Of a stretch of 64,000 bases of DNA, positions 12,832-25,270 are shown one piece after another (positions within the stretch are counted from its first letter, which is position 1; each line of letters starts with the position of its first letter). The DNA is taken from positions 74,710,001 through 74,774,000 of the forward strand of contig OZ024742.1 in NCBI GenBank assembly GCA_964016885.1. Reading direction: 5' to 3'. The DNA is from Eledone cirrhosa. Taxonomy: Eukaryota. The position numbers and the translations under genes were made by a program. The notes beneath the pieces were generated by a model, which searched no databases, had not been told where the DNA came from, and was given only the letters and a program-made list of their open reading frames with translations.

Positions 12832-12835
<4 letters not shown>
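11801..12835 (-). repeat. Tandem 464-bp HHR-bearing units plus fold-back (retrozyme/pseudo-LTR-like)
   Basis: Units start at 11801 and 12265; palindromic turn ATGAGCGCTCAT at 12719-12730, then inverted copy to about 12835; TA flanks. Confidence 0.85.
11878..11957 (-). ncRNA. Type I hammerhead ribozyme (second copy 12341-12420)
   Basis: Minus strand GCTAT-CTGAAGA-G...C-GAAAC-CGTCG-GTC-ACAGC with a long hairpin in stem II. Confidence 0.8.
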
Positions 12836-12866
<31 letters not shown>

Positions 12867-13040
12867 TTAATTTTGACCCAAACGCTAGCCCATACCATCA
12901 CCACTATCCCACCCCACCACATCTACCTTCCGATGTTTGTCGTGGAATAAGCACACATTCATGCAAAGAAATAGGACCGATGTTTATATACACCCATCAT
13001 CCCACCAATCGCCACATACACTGTATTTTCATTTGAATAA

Positions 13041-13130
13041 CTAGTCTGATGAGCAGGTCGATACTAGAGTCGGGTTCATAACGTCCGTCTGTGACGTTGA
13101 GCCAATCCTCTGCGAAACGCGCGTAATGGA
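13041..13130 (+). ncRNA. Type I hammerhead with extended stem II
   Basis: CTGATGA-GCAG...CTGC-GAAAC-GCGC-GTA; stem I weak. A related 3' half lies at 23905-23978 (-). Confidence 0.75.
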
Positions 13131-13256
13131 TCGATACACAATAAAAACATAAATACCTGTAAACGAAACTTCATCGTTTTTCTTAATATATACATTCTAC
13201 CTGTGCATCAAGTGCTTATATATACATACATACATACACACACACATATATATATA

Positions 13257-13975
13257 TGTAGCTAAATCTGTCCAAGCCTTGAACCTTGGGTGACACATAA
13301 AGCTCAAACTCTAGGTCACCACCCTTTTGGTGTGAACAGGTTCACGGGTGGGCTCTCCCCTCAAGGTGGGAGAGAGAAAGCGACAGGTATATAAAGCCTG
13401 TATCATCCCACGTTTAAACAGAGAGATCGGAGCACTACTATACAGACCAGCTATGTGAAAGATTCACCGATACTTTCAGGTCCCAGAGGTCTACAGACAT
13501 ACAGAGAGATTGGAGCAGTAAACTATTACAAACGATGTGAAAGATTCACCGCTACCTTCAGGCCCCAGAGGTCTATAGACATACAGAGAGATCGGAGCAC
13601 CACGATACAGACCAGCTATGTGAGAGATTCACCGCTACCTTCAGGCCCCAGAGGTCTACAGACATACAGAGCGATTGGAGCAGTAAACTATTACAAACTA
13701 TGTGAAAGATTCACCGCTATCTACAGGCCACAGTGGTCTACAGTCAATTACAGACCATTACTCTCTCTCTATGGTCTCAGACTACACCAGCCTCATGAAC
13801 CAACAACAAAATAACATTGTCAACCTTCGCAACTCGTGGTAACTTGTTTAATGTTCTTTTTGATTGAAGTGAAGTAAACCTTTATATATATAAAGTAAAT
13901 CGGCCATTCTTGTTATTTCATCTAACAACCATGTTATAATCATCTAACAATTTCTTACCAATACCCTTCGTTAAA
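13257..13975 (+). mobile_element. Possible solo LTR with internal 82-83-bp tandem repeats
   Basis: Starts TGTA within (TA)n; TATATAAA at 13388; four units at 13418, 13501, 13583, 13666; no canonical CA at the 3' end. Confidence 0.4.
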
Positions 13976-14083
13976 TATATATATATATATATCCGGAGTA
14001 ACCAAACCAACCTGCGCACTTCTTCGAGTGCTCCAATCTGCATACTGAGGTGTTAGTATACAACCAACATATACTAAAAAAAA

Positions 14084-14142
<59 letters not shown>

Positions 14143-14151
14143 AAGTTTGTC

Positions 14152-14217
14152 CTCATCAGTGGCCATCCAACCGTCGTAGGCATTTCGTCGTATTAAAAGC
14201 CATATACCTCAGGTTGG
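14152..14217 (-). ncRNA. Candidate non-circularly permuted hammerhead
   Basis: Minus strand CCAACC-TG-AGGTA-TA-TGGCT...C-GAAA-TGCCT...GGTTGG-AT-GGCCA-CTGATGA-G; helices covary with the 3824 copy. Confidence 0.65.
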
Positions 14218-14755
14218 TGCGAGCAACGGCTAAAAAAAAGTCGTTGGGACACGTAAATAAAGGGGACGCTAGGGTAAACAAACAAAATGGTTTAAGCAGC
14301 AGAAAGTGATGAAGAAGGAAACAAGTCCCAGATTTCTATGAATATAAATTCGGTGGAATCGTGAACGAGAGAATAAAGACCATCAAACCTGGTTGAAATG
14401 TGAGCAAGGAAGGAATTTCGCACAGGTCTAACGGGAGGAAGAAGGGGTCTGGTCTGCGAATTCGGTAAACATAAGTTCTGTGAAGTCGCAGACGAGAGAG
14501 AGAGAAAAAAAATTCATACCGGCTTGGCCAAGTGCCCGCGAGAAAAGGATTACGGACAGGTCAAACGGGAAGAAAGGGGAGGAGGAGAGGTAGTGACAGA
14601 GAGTGAGTGAGTGAAAGGTGAGGAAGAGGCTAACAGAGAGAGAGAGAGACTGCTAGAAAGGGTAAAGACACAAAGAACGAAACAGACTGGTGGCAGCGGA
14701 GGAAAAAATATATGTGTAAATATGATAATAATGGAGCTGCGGCGCTGCAAATGGG

Positions 14756-14806
<51 letters not shown>

Positions 14807-15212
14807 TATATATACTGTGAAATTAGAAGATAAGTTGAAAATGTGGATCAATGTCTTGTTATCTTAAAAAACTTGAACCATCATATTTTGCAACCCTTAT
14901 CTTTTACATAAGATTAAGCCTTGTACATTCTCTATATTTGAAATATTTTTCATTGTTTACTTTTTATTGTCATATTTTAATTATATTTAACATTATTTAT
15001 TTTGAACTACCCCAAAGCAATAACTTTCCATAACTAATATTCATACGTAATTAATTATGTCGCTTACAGCATTTTTTAACCCAGTGTGCAATACTGGTGT
15101 TTTTCTTTCATATATGTCCTGATTTTTTGGTCATTTGAAAATTCTTCATTTTGACTACGCGTGACAACTTACGTAACGCTGTATTATCTTTATCTGACAA
15201 TATTATATTATA

Positions 15213-18200
15213 CTATCAGTTTAGCCCGGCGTTGCTCAGGTTTGTTCATTTGCTATGAAAAGTTACATACAGGTAAACGTGGCTTGAAAGCCAATAAGCT
15301 TATCAATTAAGTGCATAAAGCAGTTGAACCGGTTATTAAAAGTTACGAACTAATTAGCATTTTGGACAATCAATGATGGGTTAATAATCTTCCAATAGCG
15401 AATTTAGCAGACCAAAGTTGCAAGATAGTGGCCCTGATGGCGCTGGGTGTCAGATCTGTCCGCCATGGGTGACCATACCAGGAAATAGTTTTCCAGACGG
15501 CATAGCTCCAACACCTCCAACACCTGTACCAACATCTATAGCACCTCTTTGTAGACGATATTGCGTGTCATCCTTTGAGGAGTGTAAGCAAAAAGTCTAT
15601 TCCTGCTTCCTACGCGGGAACAGGCAACACAAAGTTGACCATAGGAGAAGCATAGCTCCCCCAAATGGATGCCCTCCACCGACAATGTGTGCCCTTGTGA
15701 CTTGTTAATGGACATGGCAAAACATGGTCTCACCTGGAATTGGGATCGCCGGAAATCGAACGGGATATCTGACGCCGAGGGGAAAAGGTTCATCCTTGGA
15801 ATGAAAACATTCTCCCCTCTCCCGCACCGCGTTACAATGGTGGCCTCAATCAAGTGGGGCGTCAGTGACTTGACGACCATGCGAGTACCGTTGCACTGCT
15901 TTGGTGGACGCAAGTTCCTTATAAGCATAATGGGGCAGCCAACGTTAAGCATAAGAATGTGAGGTGGATGCCCTGGAGGCTCAAGGAAATTTAATAACTC
16001 AACCGGATAATTAACGATATCGTAGGGGTCTGATGTCCGGTCGATAGATTTGAAGATGTGCTCTTTACCGGGAATCTTCTCAATCAGCTGTTCGTTAATA
16101 AAATTAACCATGGCATTCAGAGCAAGGATGGCTCTTTCGCTGAGCCAATCGAGGTTTTTAAAGTTAGATGAGACATTAGGAAAAACTGCTTCCCAAAGAT
16201 CAGAAAAGCTGCTCACAATGTTGCACAGGGAGTCGATTGCTATGCCGCCCTTGTCATCCACAGGGACCCTGCCCTCACCAAGTGCTAAAATGTTCTGAGC
16301 AAATGTTGAAGACATGTTGTCACCATACAAATGAGCACGCATATTTGTACTCAGGTACAAACTCTTCACCTGGGGCCACAACGTGGACGCCTTAAGGCAG
16401 GCACGCACTTCATCAGCTCTTGTCCCTTTGGGGATGACAGGCAGCGTTTGCCGAAAATCCCCTGATAGCAGAAGGGTTACGCCACCTATAGGAGCCGTAG
16501 AATATCTAATGTCTTTCAGGGTACTGTCCAATGCATCAAAGGCTCCCTTGTGTGCCATTGTGCACTCATCCCAAACAATGAGGCAACATTTTTTGAGAAG
16601 CAGAGCTTCGTGTGAGCTCTTGCTGATATTGCATGTTGGTGTCTCAGTTTTTACTAAATCCAAGGGGAGTTTAAAGGTTGAATGTGCTGTCCTGCCTTCC
16701 GGTAGCAAAGTAGCACCGATCCCGGACGATGCAACGGCCAACGCAATTTGTTTCTCCTGACGAATATTAGCGAGAATCAATTTCGTTACAAAAGTTTTTC
16801 CGGTACCCCCAGGAGCATCGAGAAAGTAAATACCCCCAGTCTGATTTTGACCCGCGTCAATGATAGTTAAATAGGCCAACCGCTGGCTCGACAGAAATTT
16901 GGGCTCATTTTCCTCTAAGTATTGGGAAAGAGATTCGATGTCATATGCTGTTTCCCGCAACAAATCTGGAGCCAACGTGTTAGTTTCCTCTCTGACGGTT
17001 GACGGCAAGCCATACGTCGCCAACTCAATCCCACCCATGTCGAGGAGGGTGTCATCGATATCAATGAGTGCTCTGTTGTAGATAATGTCGCTGTAACCAA
17101 CTTCTACTGAAGGATACTGCAGATGAACCAGGCGCAAGAAATCCTCAGACATGAAGTCTCCGTACTTGACCCATAAAGATTTGGGATCACCCAATTCACA
17201 CTTTTGAAGCAAAATGGCAAAGAGTTCCCATAGACTTTTAGGTGATTTAAACAAAGCACCCTCTGCTAAAGTGGAATCCCATTGCAAATCATCTTCCAAA
17301 AGATCACGCTTAAAGGAGGCTTCCCGTTACATATCACATATTTCTCCATCAACAGGTTTGAGGTCCTGAAAATTTTGTGGGCCTACAACTTCATGCAGAA
17401 GAAGGCGGAGATGATAGCACTCATGCTGACTTGGGGGCACAGTGTAAACCCTTTCAAGACAACTGTCAAATTTTACACCAGGATATTTTCAACAGCCTAA
17501 CCTGACTTTCTTCGCACCCAAGTTTTTTTCGACCATATAAAGTAGGTACATAATTGTTTGCGCAAATGTATCGAACTGGCAAAGTTTGAAGAAACCCGTC
17601 AGAGTGGTCTCTTTCGGATCGGCGGCCAGCTTGGCGGCGGTTTGCTCCGTAAAGTAAACCCTTTGCCCATTTTCCAAATGTACCGCAAGCTGTACGATGG
17701 CGGGGTGCCGTTGGTGTAGGGGTAAACCAAATAGGCGCCAAAACGCTTCATTGCTACTGATGTACCCTGCTATTTTCAGCTTGAAATGCGAACATTGCGG
17801 CATCAGAGCCCTTATTTACATATTTGCATATGTATTTTATCGACTTAACGGAGTTGCAAAACTCAACGTTGATGTGGGCGTTGAACATCTTCGAAAGAAG
17901 CGGGGAGTAAGGGACCACCCTTCTATTGTCGACTTGACCTCCCTTTACTGTTGTGCTGAAGCCACCGTTCTCGGGCTGTCTCCGCCTGTACAGGAGGTAC
18001 CCGTCGCCACCAGTCTGAGTCTCGTCAACAAATTTTTTTGGGTATCCCTTACTGCACAACCCCCCTTTCAGACACGTGTGATGCTCATTGGGACCCGACG
18101 CACACGGACCATGAATCATGTTAGCTTTGACGATGTCATGTAATTCCTTGTCAGTTGCTGGGTTAGGGATTTCAGCCGAAATGAAGCTGCCTATGGCATT

Positions 18201-21160
18201 TGAATTGATTTTATCAGCTAACCAAATCAAAATGTGAGCATATGGCAGCCCTCGTTTTTGTCATTCGACGGTGAACATGTCACATTTTACAGCCCCTTTT
18301 TGATTAAAGCCATGAGTTTAGCCAGTTTCAGTCTGGACACTCTGGCAATGAGGTCATGTCTGTTCGAATAATTTTGCCCTGGAAAAAGTTCACAGGTTAT
18401 CTCAACCCATTTCGGATTACACGTGAATGTAATGAACAGATCTGGGCGACCATAATGGCGCACACACGTCATAGCATCCTAGGTTCTTTCGTGCATGTAT
18501 CGGGGCCCCCAACGTAGCTAGAGGGAAGGATACAAACCTTTCCAAGGTTCCGGGGATCTGCATCATTCCTTATGCCATCACGGAGGTGAATGTAACATTC
18601 AGAACGCAACTGTTTCTGATGCGTGTGAATGAAGCATAACCTTTCAGACTCCATTTTTGCAGCCATATCAACTGCAAACTGATGGAAAAGCTCTCGTGAT
18701 CTATGAATATGATTAAAACTATTCTGTCTGATCATGAAGCGGTAGGAATAAAAATCCATACAGGATACCCTTTTATTTGACGTCTCGTCAGGATTGTTTG
18801 ACGTCCCGTCCGAATTGTTTGACTTGCTTTGAGGAATGCCGAAATGGTATCCGTCTTCCCCACAAACAAAAAGCAGTGGATATTGTAGGCTGTCGTATGA
18901 CCGATGCGTTTCACAAATCCTGTGCAGCGTATCGTCAAGACCTTTAATGACAATGTCCCTTTTTTGATGCTGATCTCTATGGAGAACAACGGCTACTTCA
19001 TTGCATGCGGGGGCGTTATAGCGGCGAGCATGCTCCCCAGATGGCCTTTTCTCAGCATCAATAACGATGTTGAAGTTGGGTACAGGTGTTGATTCCAAGG
19101 CATATTTGAAGCTATGGACGTAGCTGTTGTTTTCATGAAGCATGCGTTGAACAGATTTACTTTTCTCAACCATTTACTTTTGTCAACAGATTTACTTTTG
19201 TCAACAGATTTACTTTTCTCGCCGTTAAACTTAGAAATAATAGAAATACGCATGTCAGCCTGTCTAATGTAGTCAGTTATGAAGGAGATTTGGAGAAACG
19301 TGGACTTTTCCGTTTCTTGAGGCTGGACTGATCCAATTAGATGGTATATCTGTCCCTGAACTCTAAATGTGGGCATCCACGCTTCTTCTCGGACAACACG
19401 TGCCCCGAAAGAGGTTATCTGAAAGGCACAATTGTACTTTCTGATGAGTTCAAGAAAATCTTTTGACCTAGGAGTTGTGCCAGTAAGAGGTTCTTTCAAA
19501 GGCTGCGGTGGGTCCTCTAGGAGGAGTAAATTAACCTTGCCATTGGAGCAGCACATTCCAATGGTTCTCCAGCCCACTTATTTGCACTACAGAACTTGCA
19601 AGTTAAACTTATATTCCCAATCTGGATGTCAGGCCGCATTGAGAGGTTAAGTGTTGGATCATAATTAAAAGCTTTTAAAAGCCAATATGAATTGTTTGGA
19701 CTTTTTATGCCCCGAGCAGTTTCTTTACGCCGATTGTTCTTTTCTAGTCTAATACTGCGATCGTTGAGTGATTCTTTGGCTCTAGCAGCGACAGTAGCCA
19801 CAGCATTCCAAGAATTACGGATAGAACGGTCTATACCAACAAGCTTAGCACGCGACGAAGTATAGTAAGATGTATTGCTGGCTAGACGCTCACTACGCTG
19901 GTCGTCGGTTTCAGCAGCTCTCCTATTTGCTGAACGTAAAGCAGTTTGTGACAATCGCAATTCAGTTTCCTCCTGCGACTCATTCAACCGTCTTCTTTTC
20001 TGTTTAGCTGCAGACACCGTTTTACGACCAAGATGGTCACTTATTTTGGGGGGCATTATATCTGAAAATGTTAAACAAAAACCTTATGAAATTCGAAACT
20101 AAATGGTAAACACAATTGAATGCAAGATGAAATGGCAAGGAAAAAATAGTAAATGAAGATGCAATATTCAAACAAAATTGGGGGTAGATATGACTAATTA
20201 TCTAGCAGCTGGTAGTATTTGGACGGAAAAGCAGAATATTTGGGGGGAAAAAAATCACCGAACAAACGTTTTTGCAAGCTTAAAAGTGAAATTTTATGCT
20301 TGACAGAAAGTATTGACAGGTATATTTTTAACAACGTAAAAGAAAGAAGAATATACAGGTAAACGTGGCTTGAAACCGAATAAGCTTTACGAATTCTAAT
20401 TTTAAATACCATGATCGACTGTTTTTTGCTTCATGACCTTCTCCTGACCAAAAGCAATAATTGTCCCGACTTTGAATAGAATCCGTTGGAAATAAAACAC
20501 TGGAAATATTAGACTTTATATGAAAAGAAAAAAAAACACATTAACACACACTCACCTAATCAGTATTCGGCATAATTGCAGATCTACAACACTATCGGTG
20601 TTGTCATATTAATATTTAACCAATTAAAGTCGTAAAAAATAAATAATTTAAACATTCCGATTCATGTCTTAAGCATTAATCTGTTATATGAAGTGTTATT
20701 TGCAATAAGCCGATTTAAAATGCCCCAGAAAAGCCGTATGTCAATACGCAACGCCAATGACTCCCGCAGCAGTTAAATTATAGAAAGGGGGAAGAGCGAC
20801 GGAGAAAGCAAAGCTAAGAAAATATAGGGAGGTGTGTAAAACAGTGTTGTCATATAGAGCGTGAAGAGCGACAGAGAGAGTAAAGCAGTTAAATTATAGA
20901 GAGGAGGAATGATCTATTATAGAGAGAGGGAAGAGCGACGAACAGAGTAAAGCTAAGACACTATAGGGAGGTGTGTTAAACCTCAAAGCATGATCGATTT
21001 TTGCCATTATTGTTGATTGATTTGAAATTGTTTTGCTTCATGACCTTCTCCTGACCAAAAGCAATAATTGTTTCGTCTTTGAATAGAATCCGTTGGAAAT
21101 TGTGGACGTGCATACGTTACAAACCTTCAGCACACACATCCTCAGCTTTATATATATAGA
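15213..21160 (-). mobile_element. Helitron (autonomous type, inactivated), about 5.95 kb
   Basis: 5' TC at 21160; 3' hairpin CCTGAGCAACGCCGGG with degenerate ATAG end; A|T insertion splitting a SINE TSD; contains RepHel. Confidence 0.95.
15536..20056 (-). pseudogene. Helitron RepHel (HUH Rep + Pif1-like helicase), frameshifted
   Basis: PDLFITFTCNP, VE*QKRGLPYAHIL, KYICKYVNKG; helicase DAPGGTGKT, IVWDEC, GDFRQTLPV, FAMSINKSQG; split over at least seven ORF pieces. Confidence 0.95.
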
Positions 21161-21170
21161 TAACTTACTC

Positions 21171-21354
21171 GGTGGATTGGCAGTATCAGTAAAGGGTCGG
21201 GTGCCATGCTTTGTAGCATAGAGTTACGCCACTTTATGGTCTGAGTTCAAATCCCGCCAAGGTTAACTTTGCCTTTCATCCTTACGGTGTCGGTAAGATA
21301 AAGTACCAGTAATGCACTGGGATAATTGCTGGCCTTGTGCCAAAAGTAGAAACA
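21171..21354 (+). mobile_element. SINE family A
   Basis: Homologous to 284-468; 3' TSD ATTATATAACCTACTC at 21355-21370. Confidence 0.9.
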
Positions 21355-21509
21355 ATTATATAACCTACTCTCCACTTGCATTGAGCACTCTATTTAAGTA
21401 AACAGCTGTTTCTAGGTGCAAATCCCAGTCATTCGTGACCGAAGGAGGGTGTTTACTCCTTTTAGTGATAATCTCAGTTTTCAAAAAGTGAGACAAGAGA
21501 GATTGTTCC

Positions 21510-22110
21510 GATTACAGAGGGATCTCCCCTGCAAGCCTCCTTGGTAAGCCTCTCCTGTAGTGCACCCTATATGTGATGGAGTTCAACTGAAGCAGGGAGA
21601 TATGTACAAGTTATCGAGGCCGTTTTCACGATTGATGGAAGGCAGGAGTCTGAATTAAGAGCAAGAATTGCAGGAGCTAGTGCAGTAATGCGTTAGGTTC
21701 AGCATCAGAAGAAGGGGGGTAGGTGTTAAAGCCAAGTACGCGATCTTATTCGTGTCAACCCTTAACTATGGTTATGAATATTGGGTAATGATCGAAAGAA
21801 TAGGAACGCAAATACAATCGGCCGAAATGGGGTTCCTCCGACGGGTCATTGGAGAAACGTTTCTCGATAGAGTGTGTAACACGGAGATCAGAGAGTCGCT
21901 CCAGGTAGATTCGGTAATTCACCGAACTGAGAGATCACAGCTCCGATATTACGGACATGTGGTTAGAATGTCTTAAGAAATAATCGCTGGACACATTTTA
22001 CGGGCAGCCAACCGGCAGGAGACCAGGGGTGGATCCCGAGCAAAATAGTTCGATAACATCCATGAGCTTGGCTGGTCTCGCTTGGGGATCCAACCGGATC
22101 GATTGGAGGG
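21510..22110 (+). mobile_element. RTE-clade LINE 3' fragment
   Basis: LNYGYEYW...IQSAEMGFLRRVIG...ERSQLRYYGHVVRM. Confidence 0.85.
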
Positions 22111-23451
22111 GATACTTCTTACTGGACCCGCTAGAAGGTGTGCTTGAGGATTTTGCACCCACGAACCTTCCAGGAATAAATGAGCGAAGAAGAAGAGTAC
22201 ATCGTTTCCATATTCTAGTAACAAATGCCATTCTAATGTCTGTGGAGTGTTGTGTAATGAGTTTCAATTGCTTTTTGATATAGTTGATATCTGGTCTATA
22301 CCGCTTGAAGTCGCAGACAAAAGAAAAACTAAAACAAAACAAACAAAAAAAATGCGGTAGATACTTCTGGATAAATTTCTATTGTTAATGTTTTGTGAGC
22401 AGGTTTAACGAGAGAAAAAATACCAGCACTGACAAGCACCCTACAAGATGCTTTTAGGTAGTTTATGATACCAGATTCAATTTGCTTCTTATCACCTTTA
22501 AGAGGCAAAGTGAAGTACTAATTCTTGGTCAGGTGTTGGATAGCAACTACTAGCATTTTAAGGAATTTGGCTAACTGTAAAACCTTGATAATCCACTCAT
22601 GTGGTATACTAGAGAAGGTATTCTGATAGTTCAACCATATTACAGCCAAGTTCTTAGCGGTTATTCACGGTGTTTTCTTTCATATATGTATAAACACGAC
22701 AACACACATAAAATATTAAAAACAAAATATATGGGTTTGTGTATCTGCACAAAACTACGTTCTAAAATGTCAACATATGTCCCATATTAACGCGTCCGTG
22801 CGTATAGGTTATTTTGTATGCTTTTATGTGTTATGTACATGTTTATGTATATGTAAGTGAGTATTTAAATAAATCAGTTTTTTTGTGGAGAAAACCTGCT
22901 ACTATTAAAATGATATTATAGAAATGATTAACTCTTTTATTCATTTTTTTAAAACTAGGCCAAAGGAAATTTTTTCATATACACTGATGTCAAGAGCAGA
23001 ACATTATGCTCGTTCTTAGTATTAGGGTAACCGGATTACTTGTCTATTTGTTCAACAGGTTTTCATCTTTTTTTTGGTAAATGGCTGTCTCTATATTTTC
23101 TTTCTTTGTTTCTCGAGAAATCTTTGTTTTGCTTGTGTGTTAAATAGTTTAATATGGCTTTAAATTAACTAATATTTATTAAATAAAGGAGCTGATTTTC
23201 GAATGTACTTAGGTTTTATTTTGTAGTGGGTACTTATACGATTTGGATATGGGACGATCGCGTTCTTATGTGGTTTTATCTCCCTTTTATCATATACATA
23301 AGCGGCGTATTGGCAGCGTATTCGCCGGATAGAATGCTTTGCGGTATTCGTTCCGGTTCTCTGTTTATTGAAGAAACAATGTCAGTAAGTATATGCCTTA
23401 AACTTTTAAATTCTGTGCTTTGTAAACAAATTGTAACTATATATATATATA

Positions 23452-23873
23452 TGGTGGCTGCCAACTCGTTTTCGAGTACGGCCACTACTTTATATCCATG
23501 TAGGAGAACTCCTACTGATGCGCTGAACGAGTGTGACTTTTTAGTCCAGCCAGCGACTTGAAAACTCTGGTACAAACACTACACTTGTGACAATTATTGA
23601 CACATAGTGCTGGGCCCATGGAACCATGTGACGACAAGTGCAGAGAGATCTCCAGATATAAAGCAATGCCTGTGCCATGAAGCTTTTATAGTGAGAAAAG
23701 GCACTGCACAAAGCCAGTCCCACTCTCTTAACCAAGATGATATTTACCAAAAAGAAGAACATGTCAACATCATTGGATACCATCAGAGTTGCAGGTGTTA
23801 TATCAGAGTTTTCCTTCTCCTAGAATTCTGCCTTGACAAAGGCTAAGGAGTCATCTCTCCCGGTGATTTTGGA
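23452..23873. repeat. Unclassified TA-flanked repeat, about 0.35-0.4 kb
   Basis: Co-linear similarity to 61813-62148; partial copies at 52935-53085 and 53770-53920. Confidence 0.6.
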
Positions 23874-23973
23874 TATATATATACACATATATTTATATAT
23901 ATATATTAGAAAAAACGAGGAAGTTTCGTTTACATGTATTAGATTTTTATTGTGAATCATCCTGTTTACGCGC

Positions 23974-24083
<110 letters not shown>

Positions 24084-25270
24084 CAGAATGGATGCAGTAA
24101 AAACCTGCATCCATTACTCACCAGAGTACTCGATACTTGGGGTAGTAGACTGTTGTAATTTGAAGGATTTGGGACCCCGACGGATGAGCTCCTGCCGTTT
24201 CAACAGTCATTTCCGAACGGAAATACCTGTTGAAACGGCATTTCTCATTTCTAATACGCCGTCAGAGGGGAGAAAACATGGATCTATCTAAATTGTTTTT
24301 TCGTGGCCGTTTATTTTATGACTTCAAATCTGACCTATGCGTAGCAGCATCGAATCATCGTATTAATACTGCATTTGGGTCCCCCACCACGTCTGAACGC
24401 AGTGCCAGGTATCGCACGCTTTCCTTCCGGTGAATACGGCATGGAAGATCGACCTCGTGCAGGACATCCTTTCGACTTCAATGACGAGCATCTGCTTGAG
24501 CTGGTGGAAGCTGATCCATGCCAGAAATCACGTCAATTTGCCGTAATGCTTGGGACATCAAAAACAACCATCCTTAATCACTTGCATGCAATAGGGAAAA
24601 GTGTTCCAGATTGTGCGTGCCCCACAATCTGACTGACCGTAATCGTTAATGGTGTACGGCAGCTACTTCTCTGTTCTCCTACCATCGTACAACCAACTGG
24701 TCACGGTCCATTATCACTAGTGGGGAAAAATGTTGTCTCTACATTAATGTCAAGCGATCGTAGGTTGATAAAGAGAGTGCGCAACAACGGCTAGCGATGG
24801 CTGTTCTCCAGACTCACAAGGCCCTACGCTGCGTCTGATGGAACTGGAAAGATGCTATCCTCTACGAGTTGCTCCCAACGACAAAAGCATAAGCTCTGAC
24901 ATCTATAGCCAACAACTCGACAGATTAGCGGCAAAAATCGCACAGAATCGCCCACACAATGGTCATGTTCGATTCCTTCATGATCTCGCTCGGCTGCATA
25001 CATCAAGGATGATCCACGACAATCTACTGGAGCGAGGCTGAAAGGTTCTACCATGCCTGCCGTATTCGCCCGACTTACGCCTGCAGACTGTCGCCATTTT
25101 CTATCAATAAGCAACGCAACGCAGTCGAAGGTCAAAGACCTTCGTCAATAAAATCTAGTTAAATCGGTGGCTGATGGAGTTTTTCGCATCGAAGCCAGAA
25201 AAATTCTACAGGGATGGAAGCATGTGCTTTGCTAAACGTTGGTAGACGGTAATCGCAAAAAAGATAGTTC
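24084..25270 (+). mobile_element. Decayed mariner DNA transposon
   Basis: EDRPRAG...LVEADP...TILNHL HTH region, FLHDLARLH, PYSPDL remnants; many stops and frameshifts; right TIR not resolved. Confidence 0.85.

Noticed and set aside
13418-13745. CRISPR-like repeat-spacer array
   Set aside because: Variable segments alternate ABAB instead of being unique, the constant part is about 65 bp, there are no cas genes and the context is eukaryotic.
15536-17299. Host PIF1 helicase gene
   Set aside because: Intronless and co-linear with broken Helitron Rep motifs inside Helitron termini; part of an inactivated RepHel.
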